Origin: an uncultured Gammaproteobacteria bacterium
GTDB taxonomy: Bacteria > Patescibacteriota > Patescibacteriia > VMEV01 > CAZAJQ01
Direction: 5' to 3'
Assembly (NCBI GenBank): GCA_964485795.1
Contig: CAZAJQ010000004.1
Location: forward strand, 38,292-87,091
DNA: 48,800 nucleotides
Every line of letters begins with the position of its first letter. Position 1 is the first letter of the stretch. A model generated the notes under the pieces. That model ran no database searches. It saw only the letters and a program-made list of their open reading frames with translations, and was not told where the DNA came from. The translations under genes were made by a program, and so were the position numbers. Of the stretch, positions 38,041 through 45,900 are shown one piece after another.

Positions 38041-38721
38041 ATGAAGAATATTTTCTTGGCAATTTTCCTCGCAATGATATTTGCCTTATCCCCCGTCGTT
38101 GCTTTCGCTCAGCTGAAGTCGGCCAATACGAATCGCATCCAGCAGGAGCTGAGTCAAGTGACGGGATTGCCTTCCGGAGGCACGAATCCGGCGACGGCAT
38201 TGGGAGGGACGCTCGGAAATATCGTTACCGTTTTTTTCAGCCTGCTCGGCACCGTGGCCTTGGGCTATATCCTCTATGCCGGATATCTCTGGTTTTCCGC
38301 GGCCGGCAATGAGGAGCAGGTGGATGCGGCCAAGAAAACATTGTACCGAGCCGTGATGGGTTTGCTCGTGATCATGCTGTCGTATGCGATAATTACGGTG
38401 GTTCTGAACGTCTTTGGAAAAGGGCCGGGGTCGGAGGAGGCGGCGAGGCAGAGAGAGGAAGAAGAGCTGCAGAAAAATCTGGAAAAAGATTTTCCAGTGT
38501 CAGCCGAGCCTTCAGATGTTGAAAAAGCGAAAGCGGAAATCGCGCAGATAATGAAAGAGATTCAGCAAATCGATGAAAGCATTGTTGATTATGAACGACT
38601 CAGAGATACTGCAGTAACCCCTTTGTTTGCAGAACGTTGGCAAAATGAAATCAATCAATTACAGCAAAAGAAGGAGGCTTTAATGGAAAGAGCAGTCGTT
38701 TTATACGGAAAATTACCATAA
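38041..38721 (+). CDS. VirB2/TrbC-like pilin paralog P12, with charged coiled-coil C-terminal extension
   Basis: Signal peptide ending AFAQ. Core LYAGYLWFSAAGNEEQVDAAKKTLYRAVMGLLVI. Then about 95 aa rich in E/K/Q (EEAARQREEEELQKNLEK...NEINQLQQKKEALMERA). Confidence 0.75.
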   Translation: MKNIFLAIFLAMIFALSPVVAFAQLKSANTNRIQQELSQVTGLPSGGTNPATALGGTLGNIVTVFFSLLGTVALGYILYAGYLWFSAAGNEEQVDAAKKTLYRAVMGLLVIMLSYAIITVVLNVFGKGPGSEEAARQREEEELQKNLEKDFPVSAEPSDVEKAKAEIAQIMKEIQQIDESIVDYERLRDTAVTPLFAERWQNEINQLQQKKEALMERAVVLYGKLP

Positions 38722-38765
38722 GAAATTATAAAGATGTAACCTTTGCATTAAGGATAAAGGGGTCT

Positions 38766-39269
38766 ATGAAATATTTACGGGCAATCTCTTTTACGATAAT
38801 ATTTTTATTTGGTATTGGGTATATTGGGACATTACAAGCGCATGCCCAAGGCGGCGCCGTGTTTGATGCGTTCGGGAAAAAAGCGGGGCTGGAACGCACG
38901 GTACGGGTGCCATTGCAGGTTCGCATCGCGGAAATCATAGCCATGTTGCTGAATTTCGTCGGCATGATCGCGATCATTGTCATCCTCTACGGCGGATTCG
39001 TCTACATGACTTCTCAAGGTGAAGATGAAAAAATCAACCAATCCAAGCAAATCATCAAAAACGGGATATTGGGAATCCTTGTCGTCATGATGTCCTATGG
39101 AATCGCACAATTCACCATCAACTCCATACGTTTCGGCTCGGGCGATCAATGCTCCCCCGGTCAGGTGGCGCAAGACAGCCTCGCGAATTTTCTGACGCTC
39201 GGACTGTATCGCGCCCCCTGCATGGAAAGAGATATCCCGATAGAGTATTTTTTCAATTCAGAAACGTAG
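38766..39269 (+). CDS. VirB2/TrbC-like pilin paralog P13, with short Cys-containing C-terminal extension
   Basis: Signal peptide ending AHAQ. Core LYGGFVYMTSQGEDEKINQSKQIIKNGILGILVV. Tail of about 50 aa with 2 Cys. Confidence 0.7.
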   Translation: MKYLRAISFTIIFLFGIGYIGTLQAHAQGGAVFDAFGKKAGLERTVRVPLQVRIAEIIAMLLNFVGMIAIIVILYGGFVYMTSQGEDEKINQSKQIIKNGILGILVVMMSYGIAQFTINSIRFGSGDQCSPGQVAQDSLANFLTLGLYRAPCMERDIPIEYFFNSET

Positions 39270-39321
39270 CGAGATGCTTCTGGGGATAGTTGCCCTCATC
39301 GGCTGTGATATAATCAATAGT

Positions 39322-39705
39322 ATGAAACGAATTTCATCCGGCATATTGTTTTTCTTCATCATTTTGAGCTCATTTCTTTTCACCCGCTCCCACTCAATGG
39401 CGGCCGCCGATCTGGGACAGCTTCTCAATAACGCCGCGGTCGCCTATGATACGAGTGCAGGTGCGGCGGATCCCCTTGCCATCGTGGGTATGGTCATCGT
39501 CACCTTGCTGGGTTTTCTCGGCATAGCGGCGGCCGGTTACATGATCTACGGAGGATATATATGGCTCATGGCGCGAGGCAATGAAGAGGAGGTGAAGCGA
39601 GGGAAAAAAATCATCTGGAATGCGACGGTGGGTATGGTCATCATCCTCTCGGCATACGCTTTATCAAATTTCATCTTGAGCGGCATACAAACTGCCACAC
39701 AATAA
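39322..39705 (+). CDS. VirB2/TrbC-like pilin paralog P14
   Basis: MKRISSGILFF start. Core IYGGYIWLMARGNEEEVKRGKKIIWNATVGMVII. The table ORF opens at 39274. Confidence 0.75.
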   Translation: MKRISSGILFFFIILSSFLFTRSHSMAAADLGQLLNNAAVAYDTSAGAADPLAIVGMVIVTLLGFLGIAAAGYMIYGGYIWLMARGNEEEVKRGKKIIWNATVGMVIILSAYALSNFILSGIQTATQ

Positions 39706-39714
39706 TACATCACT

Positions 39715-40098
39715 ATGAAAAAGATCTTTTCTTTTTTAATCGCATCAAGCATTGCGGTTATGAGTTTTTCAATATCAGTAGCGCCGGTCGGAGCCGTTGA
39801 GCTTTTGGAAAATTTGAATAAAGCAGCAAATGCGTCGTTTGAAACGACAAAAAACGACCCCATTGAAATCGTCTCTACGGTCATCAATACTTTGCTGGCG
39901 TTTCTCGGGATCGGCGCCACGGCACTGGTCATTTACGGCGGGTTCATCTGGCTTACGGCGCGAGGCAATGAAGAAGAAGTGAAAAAAGGTCAGACCATCA
40001 TACGCAATGCCATCATCGGGCTCATCATCATCATGAGTGCCTACGCTCTCGCGAATTTCATCATCACAAATCTTTCCACTGCCACGGGAGTGAAATAG
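39715..40098 (+). CDS. VirB2/TrbC-like pilin paralog P15
   Basis: Core IYGGFIWLTARGNEEEVKKGQTIIRNAIIGLIII. Signal peptide ends VGAV rather than AQ. Confidence 0.75.
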   Translation: MKKIFSFLIASSIAVMSFSISVAPVGAVELLENLNKAANASFETTKNDPIEIVSTVINTLLAFLGIGATALVIYGGFIWLTARGNEEEVKKGQTIIRNAIIGLIIIMSAYALANFIITNLSTATGVK

Positions 40099-40187
40099 GT
40101 TTCGCCTCGCGCGCTCTGAAGGCTTTGCATAAGACACCGCGTCCGATATTCTCATCACCGAGAGTCCTCGCGATGAATCTCTTCACT

Positions 40188-40577
40188 ATGAAAAAAATAT
40201 TTTTGTGCATGTTTGTTGTATTATCGACTTTCGTTTCTTTTCACTCCACCCCCGCCTTTGCCGCCGTGGATATCTCTTCGGAGCTGAAAAAGGCGGCCGC
40301 CGAATCGTATAGCGAGCCAAGGGGTGGAGCCATCGATATCGTGGGGCGAGTTATCGGAGGGCTGTTCGGATTTCTCGGCATCGGCGCCGCGGCACTCATG
40401 ATTTACGGCGGATACGTATGGTTTGGAGCGCAGGGAAACGAGGAGCAGGTAAAAAAGGCCAAGGATATCATCCGTGACGCTTTTATCGGGCTTATCATCC
40501 TTACGAGCGCTTATGCGTTGACGAGGTTTGTGATCGATCAGGTGCAGAAAAGAATCATCAATCAACAGACGAAGTAA
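40188..40577 (+). CDS. VirB2/TrbC-like pilin paralog P16
   Basis: MKKIFLCMF start (alternatives at 40173 and 40125). Core IYGGYVWFGAQGNEEQVKKAKDIIRDAFIGLIIL. Confidence 0.75.
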   Translation: MKKIFLCMFVVLSTFVSFHSTPAFAAVDISSELKKAAAESYSEPRGGAIDIVGRVIGGLFGFLGIGAAALMIYGGYVWFGAQGNEEQVKKAKDIIRDAFIGLIILTSAYALTRFVIDQVQKRIINQQTK

Positions 40578-40674
40578 AGAGATCGACGCTGAAGAAAAGT
40601 CATTATTTTTCATTCAGAGCCAGATTCTTTTTCATGGGTGTCGTGGTGAGAATAGCAGGCTCTCAGTACGAGTT

Positions 40675-41061
40675 TTAAAGGGATTCAGGGAAATTCATGA
40701 TTTCATGGAAGGAGAGGCGGTAAGAACTCGGAGTGACGATTTGCACGGAAGCGATGACATACATGCAGGCAAGAGAGTCGGTTTCAAATTCGCTCATAAA
40801 GTATGATGCCACAAGCATCATGTTTTTTATTTTGCGGCTGGTGACTGCTTCATAGGGTTTGCCGTAGGCATGTCCGGAACGAGTTTTGACTTCGATGAAA
40901 TAGAGACATTGTTCAAACGACGCGATGATATCGATTTCTTTCCTCTGAAAACGAAAGTTACGTTTTACAATGATGAACCCTCGTTTGCGAAGATACTCGC
41001 AAACGAGGGTTTCTCCATGTCTCCCCTGTTCATGGTTATCGGCAAATTCGTGGACAAACAT
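40675..41061 (-). CDS. YraN-family (UPF0102) endonuclease-like protein
   Basis: GRHGETLVCEYLRKRGFIIVKRNFRFQRKEIDIIA...LYFIEVKTR matches the PD-(D/E)xK-like YraN pattern. The Met at 41061 was chosen to avoid overlapping the upstream gene. Confidence 0.75.
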   Translation of the reverse strand: MFVHEFADNHEQGRHGETLVCEYLRKRGFIIVKRNFRFQRKEIDIIASFEQCLYFIEVKTRSGHAYGKPYEAVTSRKIKNMMLVASYFMSEFETDSLACMYVIASVQIVTPSSYRLSFHEIMNFPESL

Positions 41062-41113
41062 AAAAGCAGGCTTTCGCCTACTGATATGAGAAAAATATTG
41101 GACAATGATGATG

Positions 41114-41518
41114 TTAACGCTTCCCCTTTGTTTTTGGGAGATACTTTTCAAACGTATCCATATCCGTGATATGCACCGGATCGGCTGGGAAATATTTGAA
41201 AAAATATCGAATCAAATATATCCCCCAGACGATCATGCCCAAGCCAAGAAGCAAATACCAGAGTCGAATGCCAAAAAACGGAACCCTTTGCCATCCGAAA
41301 AAAACGAGAACAAGACCCATGATGCCGACCGTCAGAAGAAAATGGGATTTTCTTCTGAAAAAAGGTCGATACCATGATACGACCCGGTATTGCAAAAGCA
41401 GCTTGAGAACAAGCCCCGAAACACTCAACATCGCAAAAATGATGAAGCCTATCATCACCCCTTGATCAGAAAGAGCTTTTTCCGCCGTCCAATACGAAAA
41501 TGTGGTAAATCTTCCCAT
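41114..41518 (-). CDS. Hypothetical membrane protein
   Basis: 134 aa with three hydrophobic helices. No recognised motif. Confidence 0.45.
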   Translation of the reverse strand: MGRFTTFSYWTAEKALSDQGVMIGFIIFAMLSVSGLVLKLLLQYRVVSWYRPFFRRKSHFLLTVGIMGLVLVFFGWQRVPFFGIRLWYLLLGLGMIVWGIYLIRYFFKYFPADPVHITDMDTFEKYLPKTKGKR

Positions 41519-41689
41519 ATATCCTCTCTATTGGAGTTATTCTAGGTTTTTGAAAAAATCCCGTCAAGCGACCCGATTGAACTATCAAAAGGTAATATAA
41601 ATGACTCCCATGTTTAGAAAATATCCCCTTTTTACGGAGGATGAGTGACGAACCTCAGTTTGTAGCCACCGGCTCATCAAAAAGTATAA

Positions 41690-41980
41690 TCATGCTTTCT
41701 TGTATCTCAATCCATGAATATCCTGAAGAAATTCAAGTGTAGCTTGAACTGATGAGTTATCAGTATTTTTAAGGACAACGCGATCTCCATACTTACGAAT
41801 GAGAGGCGTTAAAAATTCATCTCCCCATGAAGGTGCGAAGCTCATCACGTTCAAGAAATCGATTTCAATGGGTTCATTTTCCACCAGCGTCGCAAAACTT
41901 GGCTGCATGGCAAGGTATGATTCTCTTCCAAGTTGTCTGGATGTCAAAATATTTCCAAATTTTTTTAATTCAATAATCAT
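41690..41980 (-). CDS. STAS-like DUF4325-type protein
   Basis: 96 aa. LTSRQLGRESY...IEIDFLNVMSFAPSWGDEFL matches the pattern I recall for DUF4325. A 4-nt ATGA overlap couples it to the upstream GHKL gene. Confidence 0.6.
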   Translation of the reverse strand: MIIELKKFGNILTSRQLGRESYLAMQPSFATLVENEPIEIDFLNVMSFAPSWGDEFLTPLIRKYGDRVVLKNTDNSSVQATLEFLQDIHGLRYKKA

Positions 41981-42726
41981 ATTCTCCCGTCAAAATTAAT
42001 GAGGGCGATACACCCTGGAATTTTTTTTTCACTTATTTTTATTTGTAATGAATCACTCTTCTTGCTATTCAAGTTGAGGACGGCGTTTCCGGATTGAAAG
42101 TGCAATCTCATATTTTTACTCCCGACAACACTTCTCACATACTTTAAACCATTACCGCGATTTTCGGGAGCCCTGCCGGAGAGTACTTCTGAAAATGCCG
42201 TTTTCAGAGCTTCAGCGTCGCTTTGAAGTTCTGGCTTTACCTGTCGAAGCGTTTGTAAAATTCCACGGCCGCGATCTGCCAGAACAATGCTTCTTTGTTC
42301 AATCTTATAAGCAAAAAAAACGCCTGCAATATCCGGCCAGTTTCCGATATTGTGATCGAATGAATTATTTCCTATTTCTCCAGCGATAGCAATGAGCAGT
42401 GGAGACATTTCTTGCAATGCAGGAACGTTCGACAGTTGAGAGCCAAATGCTGAAAGTCGCGCGTTGAATATCGAAGCATCCGGACAAAAATAATCATTCA
42501 ATGGTTCAAATGCACTTTGAGATGAACTCCATCGCATCGCATATGCAAAGAGATCGATCGATCGTAAATAACTTTCCAAATCTGATATGCTGTACATCCG
42601 ATGCTTCATTGTCCCGTGTGCGCGCGGAAGCGGCGGAATTTTTTTTGTTCGATCCCAACGACGCAAAGTGTCGACGGAGACACCAAGCATTTTTGCCGCA
42701 AGCCCGATGGTCAGTGCTTTATCCAT
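41977..42726 (-). CDS. MerR/excisionase-type HTH fused to a GHKL (HATPase_c-like) ATP-binding domain
   Basis: N-terminus LTIGLAAKMLGVSVDTLRRWDR. C-terminal N-box-like EIGNNSFDHN, G1-like DRGRGI, G2-like NRGNGLKYV. Confidence 0.65.
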   Translation of the reverse strand: MDKALTIGLAAKMLGVSVDTLRRWDRTKKIPPLPRAHGTMKHRMYSISDLESYLRSIDLFAYAMRWSSSQSAFEPLNDYFCPDASIFNARLSAFGSQLSNVPALQEMSPLLIAIAGEIGNNSFDHNIGNWPDIAGVFFAYKIEQRSIVLADRGRGILQTLRQVKPELQSDAEALKTAFSEVLSGRAPENRGNGLKYVRSVVGSKNMRLHFQSGNAVLNLNSKKSDSLQIKISEKKIPGCIALINFDGRI

Positions 42727-42886
42727 AATTTATGAGTATAGGCTGATTAAATCACATTCCATGAATCTGTGCAAATTGCGTCTACAAAAAAACATAATTG
42801 GCTAAGAAATAATAAAATAAGGAATACGGATTATCTTGTATCTATGTAAAATGAAAGAATCCTTGAGCTCAAGGATTCATTTTATC

Positions 42887-43435
42887 TTATTTCGTGAAAA
42901 TCATTCCAAAGTGGTATGGTCCTGCGTCAAATTCCTTGTGCAATATCAGATTCAGCTCGAGGATGAAGCTTTTCACTTTTTCCGAGTCAATGCGATCTAT
43001 TTCTTTCGGACCAAAAGGCGTTCCCGAAATTTTCCAGTCGATGATCAAAAGTTTTCCTCCGGGTTTGATGAGTCGGATGGCTTCTCGGATAACATTTTCC
43101 AGCGGTTTCGTCTGAAAAAGCACATTGATGAGCATCGCTATGTCCAGGGTATCATTTGCGATTTTCGTGGCGCCGTAAATCTCGAGATTGGTCCATACGG
43201 TTTCGATGTTGATGAAGCCGTCGACACGAGCGCGGTTTTCGACGGTTTCAAGGACGCTTTTGAGGATATCGGCCGCAAAAACTTTACCGCTATCCCCCAC
43301 CCGCTTGGCCGCGGGAAACACAAAGTGTCCCGCCGTGCCGCATCCGAGGTCGGCGACAAGCATACCCTGTTTGATATCAAGCTCATCCATGATTTTCTCG
43401 GCGCCGATAAGCTGATTCCCTCCGGAAAGATGCAT
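42887..43435 (-). CDS. Class I SAM-dependent methyltransferase (small, single domain)
   Basis: VADLGCGTAGH motif I, VFAADI, IKPGGKLLIIDW. Confidence 0.75.
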   Translation of the reverse strand: MHLSGGNQLIGAEKIMDELDIKQGMLVADLGCGTAGHFVFPAAKRVGDSGKVFAADILKSVLETVENRARVDGFINIETVWTNLEIYGATKIANDTLDIAMLINVLFQTKPLENVIREAIRLIKPGGKLLIIDWKISGTPFGPKEIDRIDSEKVKSFILELNLILHKEFDAGPYHFGMIFTK

Positions 43436-43495
43436 ATTTTTTTCGATAGAATCGTAAACAAGAGAGTTCCCTTTGATGTCATTGTAATGAATCTT

Positions 43496-44431
43496 TCACT
43501 TCCAATCAATCATGATTGCCGGCTTGCCGGATTTTTCTTGCAAATATTTATACGTTTCCAGCGCGGCTTTGGCCCCCTCTCCAGCGGAAATCACCACCTG
43601 CTTATAGGGGATATTCGTGACATCTCCGCAGGCGAACACACCTTCACGCGACGTGCGGCATCGGGTGTCAATCTGAATTTCCCCTTTTTCCGTAAGCTGT
43701 ACAAAATTTGATAAAAATTTTGTAGCCGTAGAAAAACCTATTTTTTCAAAAACATAATCGCAGAGAATCTCCTTTTCCTTATTGTCTGAAGAGATAATGA
43801 GCTTCTCAAGGGTTTTTTCCCCGCGCATGCCTAAAACGGTGGTATCATAGTGAATCTCAATATTTTTTTGCTTCCACACTTTTTCAATGAGAACGGCTTC
43901 CGCAGAGAAACTTGTTTTCCTGTGGATGAGATGAACCTGCTTGGCGTGCATGGAGACAAAAAGAGCCGCTGCAAGTGCCGAATTCCCGCCGCCTACGACG
44001 ATAGTCACCGTTCCCTTGATCCGGCGTTCCAAGGGTTGCGGGTCATGAAACACGGAAATGCCGAAAAACTTTTTTTCTCCGGGCACCTCGAGGCTTTTGG
44101 GGGTGAGGCCAAATGAAAAAATTATAGATTTTGCATCAAATAAGCCGATACTCGTATTCACCGAATGGACACCCTTTGATTTTTCAAGAATGGAGAGGAT
44201 TTCCGCGCATACGATCTTCCCTCCATACTTGATCGATTGATCTCGCATGTTCTCTATGAGGTTTGGGCCGGATATGATCGGAATCCCGGGATAATTTTCA
44301 ATGCGATCCGTGGTGGAGGTTTGCCCTCCGATGTCCTTGGTGATGATAAGGGTGGAGAGGTGGCGTCGCCCGGTAAAAATGCTTGCCGTAAGTCCCGCCG
44401 CTCCTGCGCCGATGATGATAACGTCGTACAT
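43496..44431 (-). CDS. Thioredoxin-reductase-like FAD/NAD(P) oxidoreductase lacking the redox-active CxxC
   Basis: GxGxxG (IIIGAGAAGLTA), second Rossmann motif VVGGGNSALAAALF, ACGDV near the C-terminus. The position of the canonical C-A-T-C-D-G reads GISVFHDPQP. Confidence 0.8.
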   Translation of the reverse strand: MYDVIIIGAGAAGLTASIFTGRRHLSTLIITKDIGGQTSTTDRIENYPGIPIISGPNLIENMRDQSIKYGGKIVCAEILSILEKSKGVHSVNTSIGLFDAKSIIFSFGLTPKSLEVPGEKKFFGISVFHDPQPLERRIKGTVTIVVGGGNSALAAALFVSMHAKQVHLIHRKTSFSAEAVLIEKVWKQKNIEIHYDTTVLGMRGEKTLEKLIISSDNKEKEILCDYVFEKIGFSTATKFLSNFVQLTEKGEIQIDTRCRTSREGVFACGDVTNIPYKQVVISAGEGAKAALETYKYLQEKSGKPAIMIDWK

Positions 44432-44644
44432 AGAGATATTTATAGAGTCAGTATAGCCTTATTTGTCAGGAACTTGAAGAAGTAAGGAGGGATGGATTTT
44501 TTTGATGTGATTATTAAGAAAATTATAGAATATTAAATTCAAAATAAAACAATTCCTATGGCATGTTTCGCGTGAATAGTGATTTAATATCTTGCGTATT
44601 CCATAAAATTAACAAGAATTTATAAAAAATTTCACTGCATGAAA

Positions 44645-44660
44645 TGTTTCACGTGAAACA
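44645..44660. promoter_or_regulatory. parS site 1
   Basis: TGTTTCACGTGAAACA is a perfect match to the 16-bp ParB-binding palindrome consensus TGTTNCACGTGAAACA. Confidence 0.8.
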
Positions 44661-44907
44661 TTTTGACGGGGGGGGGTGCTGACGAGTCCTGTCTTCCTTC
44701 GGCAGGCTCAGGGTGACAGGAGGGGCGTGTAAGAGGAGAAATAAACAGGGAGGAAGTGGAGGGAGGAACACATAGGTTCCTCCCTCCACTTCCTAGGGTG
44801 TCAGCCCTCATGCTCGGAGTTAATGATGTTTTTGTGCAAGACATGATGTTGATAGCGATGCTAACGGCGGGTTGTAACCCGCCGTTAGCCGTGGAGTAGG
44901 CATGAAA
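44661..44907 (+). repeat. parS-associated structured repeat E1
   Basis: TTTTGACG + G9 run, then TGCTGACGAGTCCTGTCTTCCTTCGGCAGGCTCAGGGTGACAGGAG. Perfect 18 bp hairpin at 44752-44793 (GGAAGTGGAGGGAGGAAC, ACATAG, GTTCCTCCCTCCACTTCC). Extra 14 bp palindrome at 44860-44889 (GCTAACGGCGGGTT-GT-AACCCGCCGTTAGC). Confidence 0.8.
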
Positions 44908-44923
44908 TGTTTCACGTGAAACA
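44908..44923. promoter_or_regulatory. parS site 2
   Basis: TGTTTCACGTGAAACA, perfect. The extended flank GCATGAAA...TTTT is identical to that of site 1. Confidence 0.8.
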
Positions 44924-45065
44924 TTTTACGAGGGGGGTGCTGACGGGTTCTGTCTTCCTTCGACAGGCTCACCCTTCGGCAGGCTCAGGGTGACAGGGGG
45001 GACGTGTAAGGGAAAGGGATAAATGGGTAGGAATGAACCTCTGTGTTCATCCCTTCCTCCAAGAA
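44924..45065 (+). repeat. parS-associated structured repeat E2 (shorter variant)
   Basis: TTTTACGAGGGGGGTGCTGACGGGTTCTGTCTTCCTTCGACAGGCTCA, then a duplicated CCCTTCGGCAGGCTCAGGGTGACAGGGGGG, then GACGTGTAAGGGAAAGGGATAAATGGGTAGGAATGAAC-CTCTGT-GTTCATCCC. Confidence 0.75.
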
Positions 45066-45081
45066 TGTTTCACGTGAAACA
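45066..45081. promoter_or_regulatory. parS site 3
   Basis: TGTTTCACGTGAAACA, perfect. Confidence 0.8.
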
Positions 45082-45164
45082 TTTTTACGATTGATTCATT
45101 TGATTAGATTGGTATACTGGAAATAGGAATTCATAGAGAGTTGTTGTTTAGGGGAGGCAAAGTC

Positions 45165-45560
45165 ATGAGTGAATATCTGAATGTTCCTATTAAAATCACG
45201 GTGAAAAGGGTTGAAGATGGATGGTTTGATGGCTATATTGACATCATGAGGAGGAGATTTCAATTTCATGTGGGATTGGCTCTTTCAGCGGAGGCATTTT
45301 TGCAGGCGCATTTTTTAAATCAATGCACCGAGCATTTCATGTATGAGCATAGTTGTATTGTTTTCCATGATGAGACTATCAATGATCATGCAATTGTAAA
45401 AGATGTGCTTTTTCAGATCATTCTTCCGACGGTATTATGGTATGCATATAATATTGACGGATATGATGCAGGTATAGCGAATCTTATCTATTATGATGAT
45501 GAGAGAGAATGTGAAGTCACTGCAAAAGATTTTCAAACCCTTGCCAAGGCCCTTTTATAA
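45165..45560 (+). CDS. Hypothetical soluble protein embedded between parS sites
   Basis: GGGGAGG RBS 7 nt before the ATG. 131 aa with no recognisable motif. Followed by a clean terminator. Confidence 0.55.
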   Translation: MSEYLNVPIKITVKRVEDGWFDGYIDIMRRRFQFHVGLALSAEAFLQAHFLNQCTEHFMYEHSCIVFHDETINDHAIVKDVLFQIILPTVLWYAYNIDGYDAGIANLIYYDDERECEVTAKDFQTLAKALL

Positions 45561-45562
45561 AA

Positions 45563-45586
45563 AACCTGATGAAGTCAGGTTTTTTT
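45563..45586 (+). terminator. Intrinsic terminator
   Basis: AACCTGA, TGAAG, TCAGGTT, followed by TTTTT. It runs directly into parS site 4. Confidence 0.7.
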
Positions 45587-45601
45587 GTTTCACGTGAAAC
45601 A
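45586..45601. promoter_or_regulatory. parS site 4
   Basis: TGTTTCACGTGAAACA, perfect. Confidence 0.8.
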
Positions 45602-45776
45602 TTTTGACGGGGTATTGTTGACGGGTACTGCTCATCCTTCGGCATGCTCAGGATGACAGGGGGGCGGGGACGTGTAAGGGAGGGATAAACAAGATGGATG
45701 GGTAAGGAGGAACACACAAGTTCCTCCCTACCCATCCATCCTTCCTTCCCTATGTGTTCATCCCTACTTCCAGAAA
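45602..45776 (+). repeat. parS-associated structured repeat E3
   Basis: TTTTGACGGGG...CATCCTTCGGCATGCTCAGGATGACAGGGGGGCGGGGACGTGTAAGGGAGGGATAAACAAG. Hairpin at 45696-45737 (GGATGGGTAAGGAGGAAC, ACACAA, GTTCCTCCCTACCCATCC). Tail CCTTCCTTCCCTATGTGTTCATCCCTAC. Confidence 0.8.
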
Positions 45777-45792
45777 TGTTTCACGTGAAACA
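45777..45792. promoter_or_regulatory. parS site 5
   Basis: TGTTTCACGTGAAACA, perfect. Confidence 0.8.
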
Positions 45793-45900
45793 TTTCGTAA
45801 ATTAAAAGGGAGCTTCTCTATTGGATGCTCCCATGGACCAGAATGAAAAGTTTTTGACGTTACTTCTTCTCATGACGAAGGTGCGCTTCTCTCATTTTCA

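Noticed and set aside
31314-40577. Integron-like cassette array (small promoterless ORFs plus hairpins that could be attC sites)
   Set aside because: Only three of fifteen junctions carry hairpins. The hairpins lack the RYYYAAC/GTTRRRY core sites. No IntI-type integrase is present. The ORFs are paralogs of one family rather than unrelated cassettes.
42836-43711. 291-aa ORF on the + strand
   Set aside because: It runs antisense across two minus-strand genes with clear family motifs (SAM methyltransferase, TrxR-like). It has no recognisable motif and an Arg/Phe-rich composition typical of shadow ORFs.
44632-44844. 70-aa ORF (-), and a similar 72-aa ORF at 45517-45735 (-)
   Set aside because: Both are read through the GC-rich repeats and parS palindromes (the MFHVKHF / VSRET peptides are translations of parS). 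They look like repeat-derived spurious ORFs.
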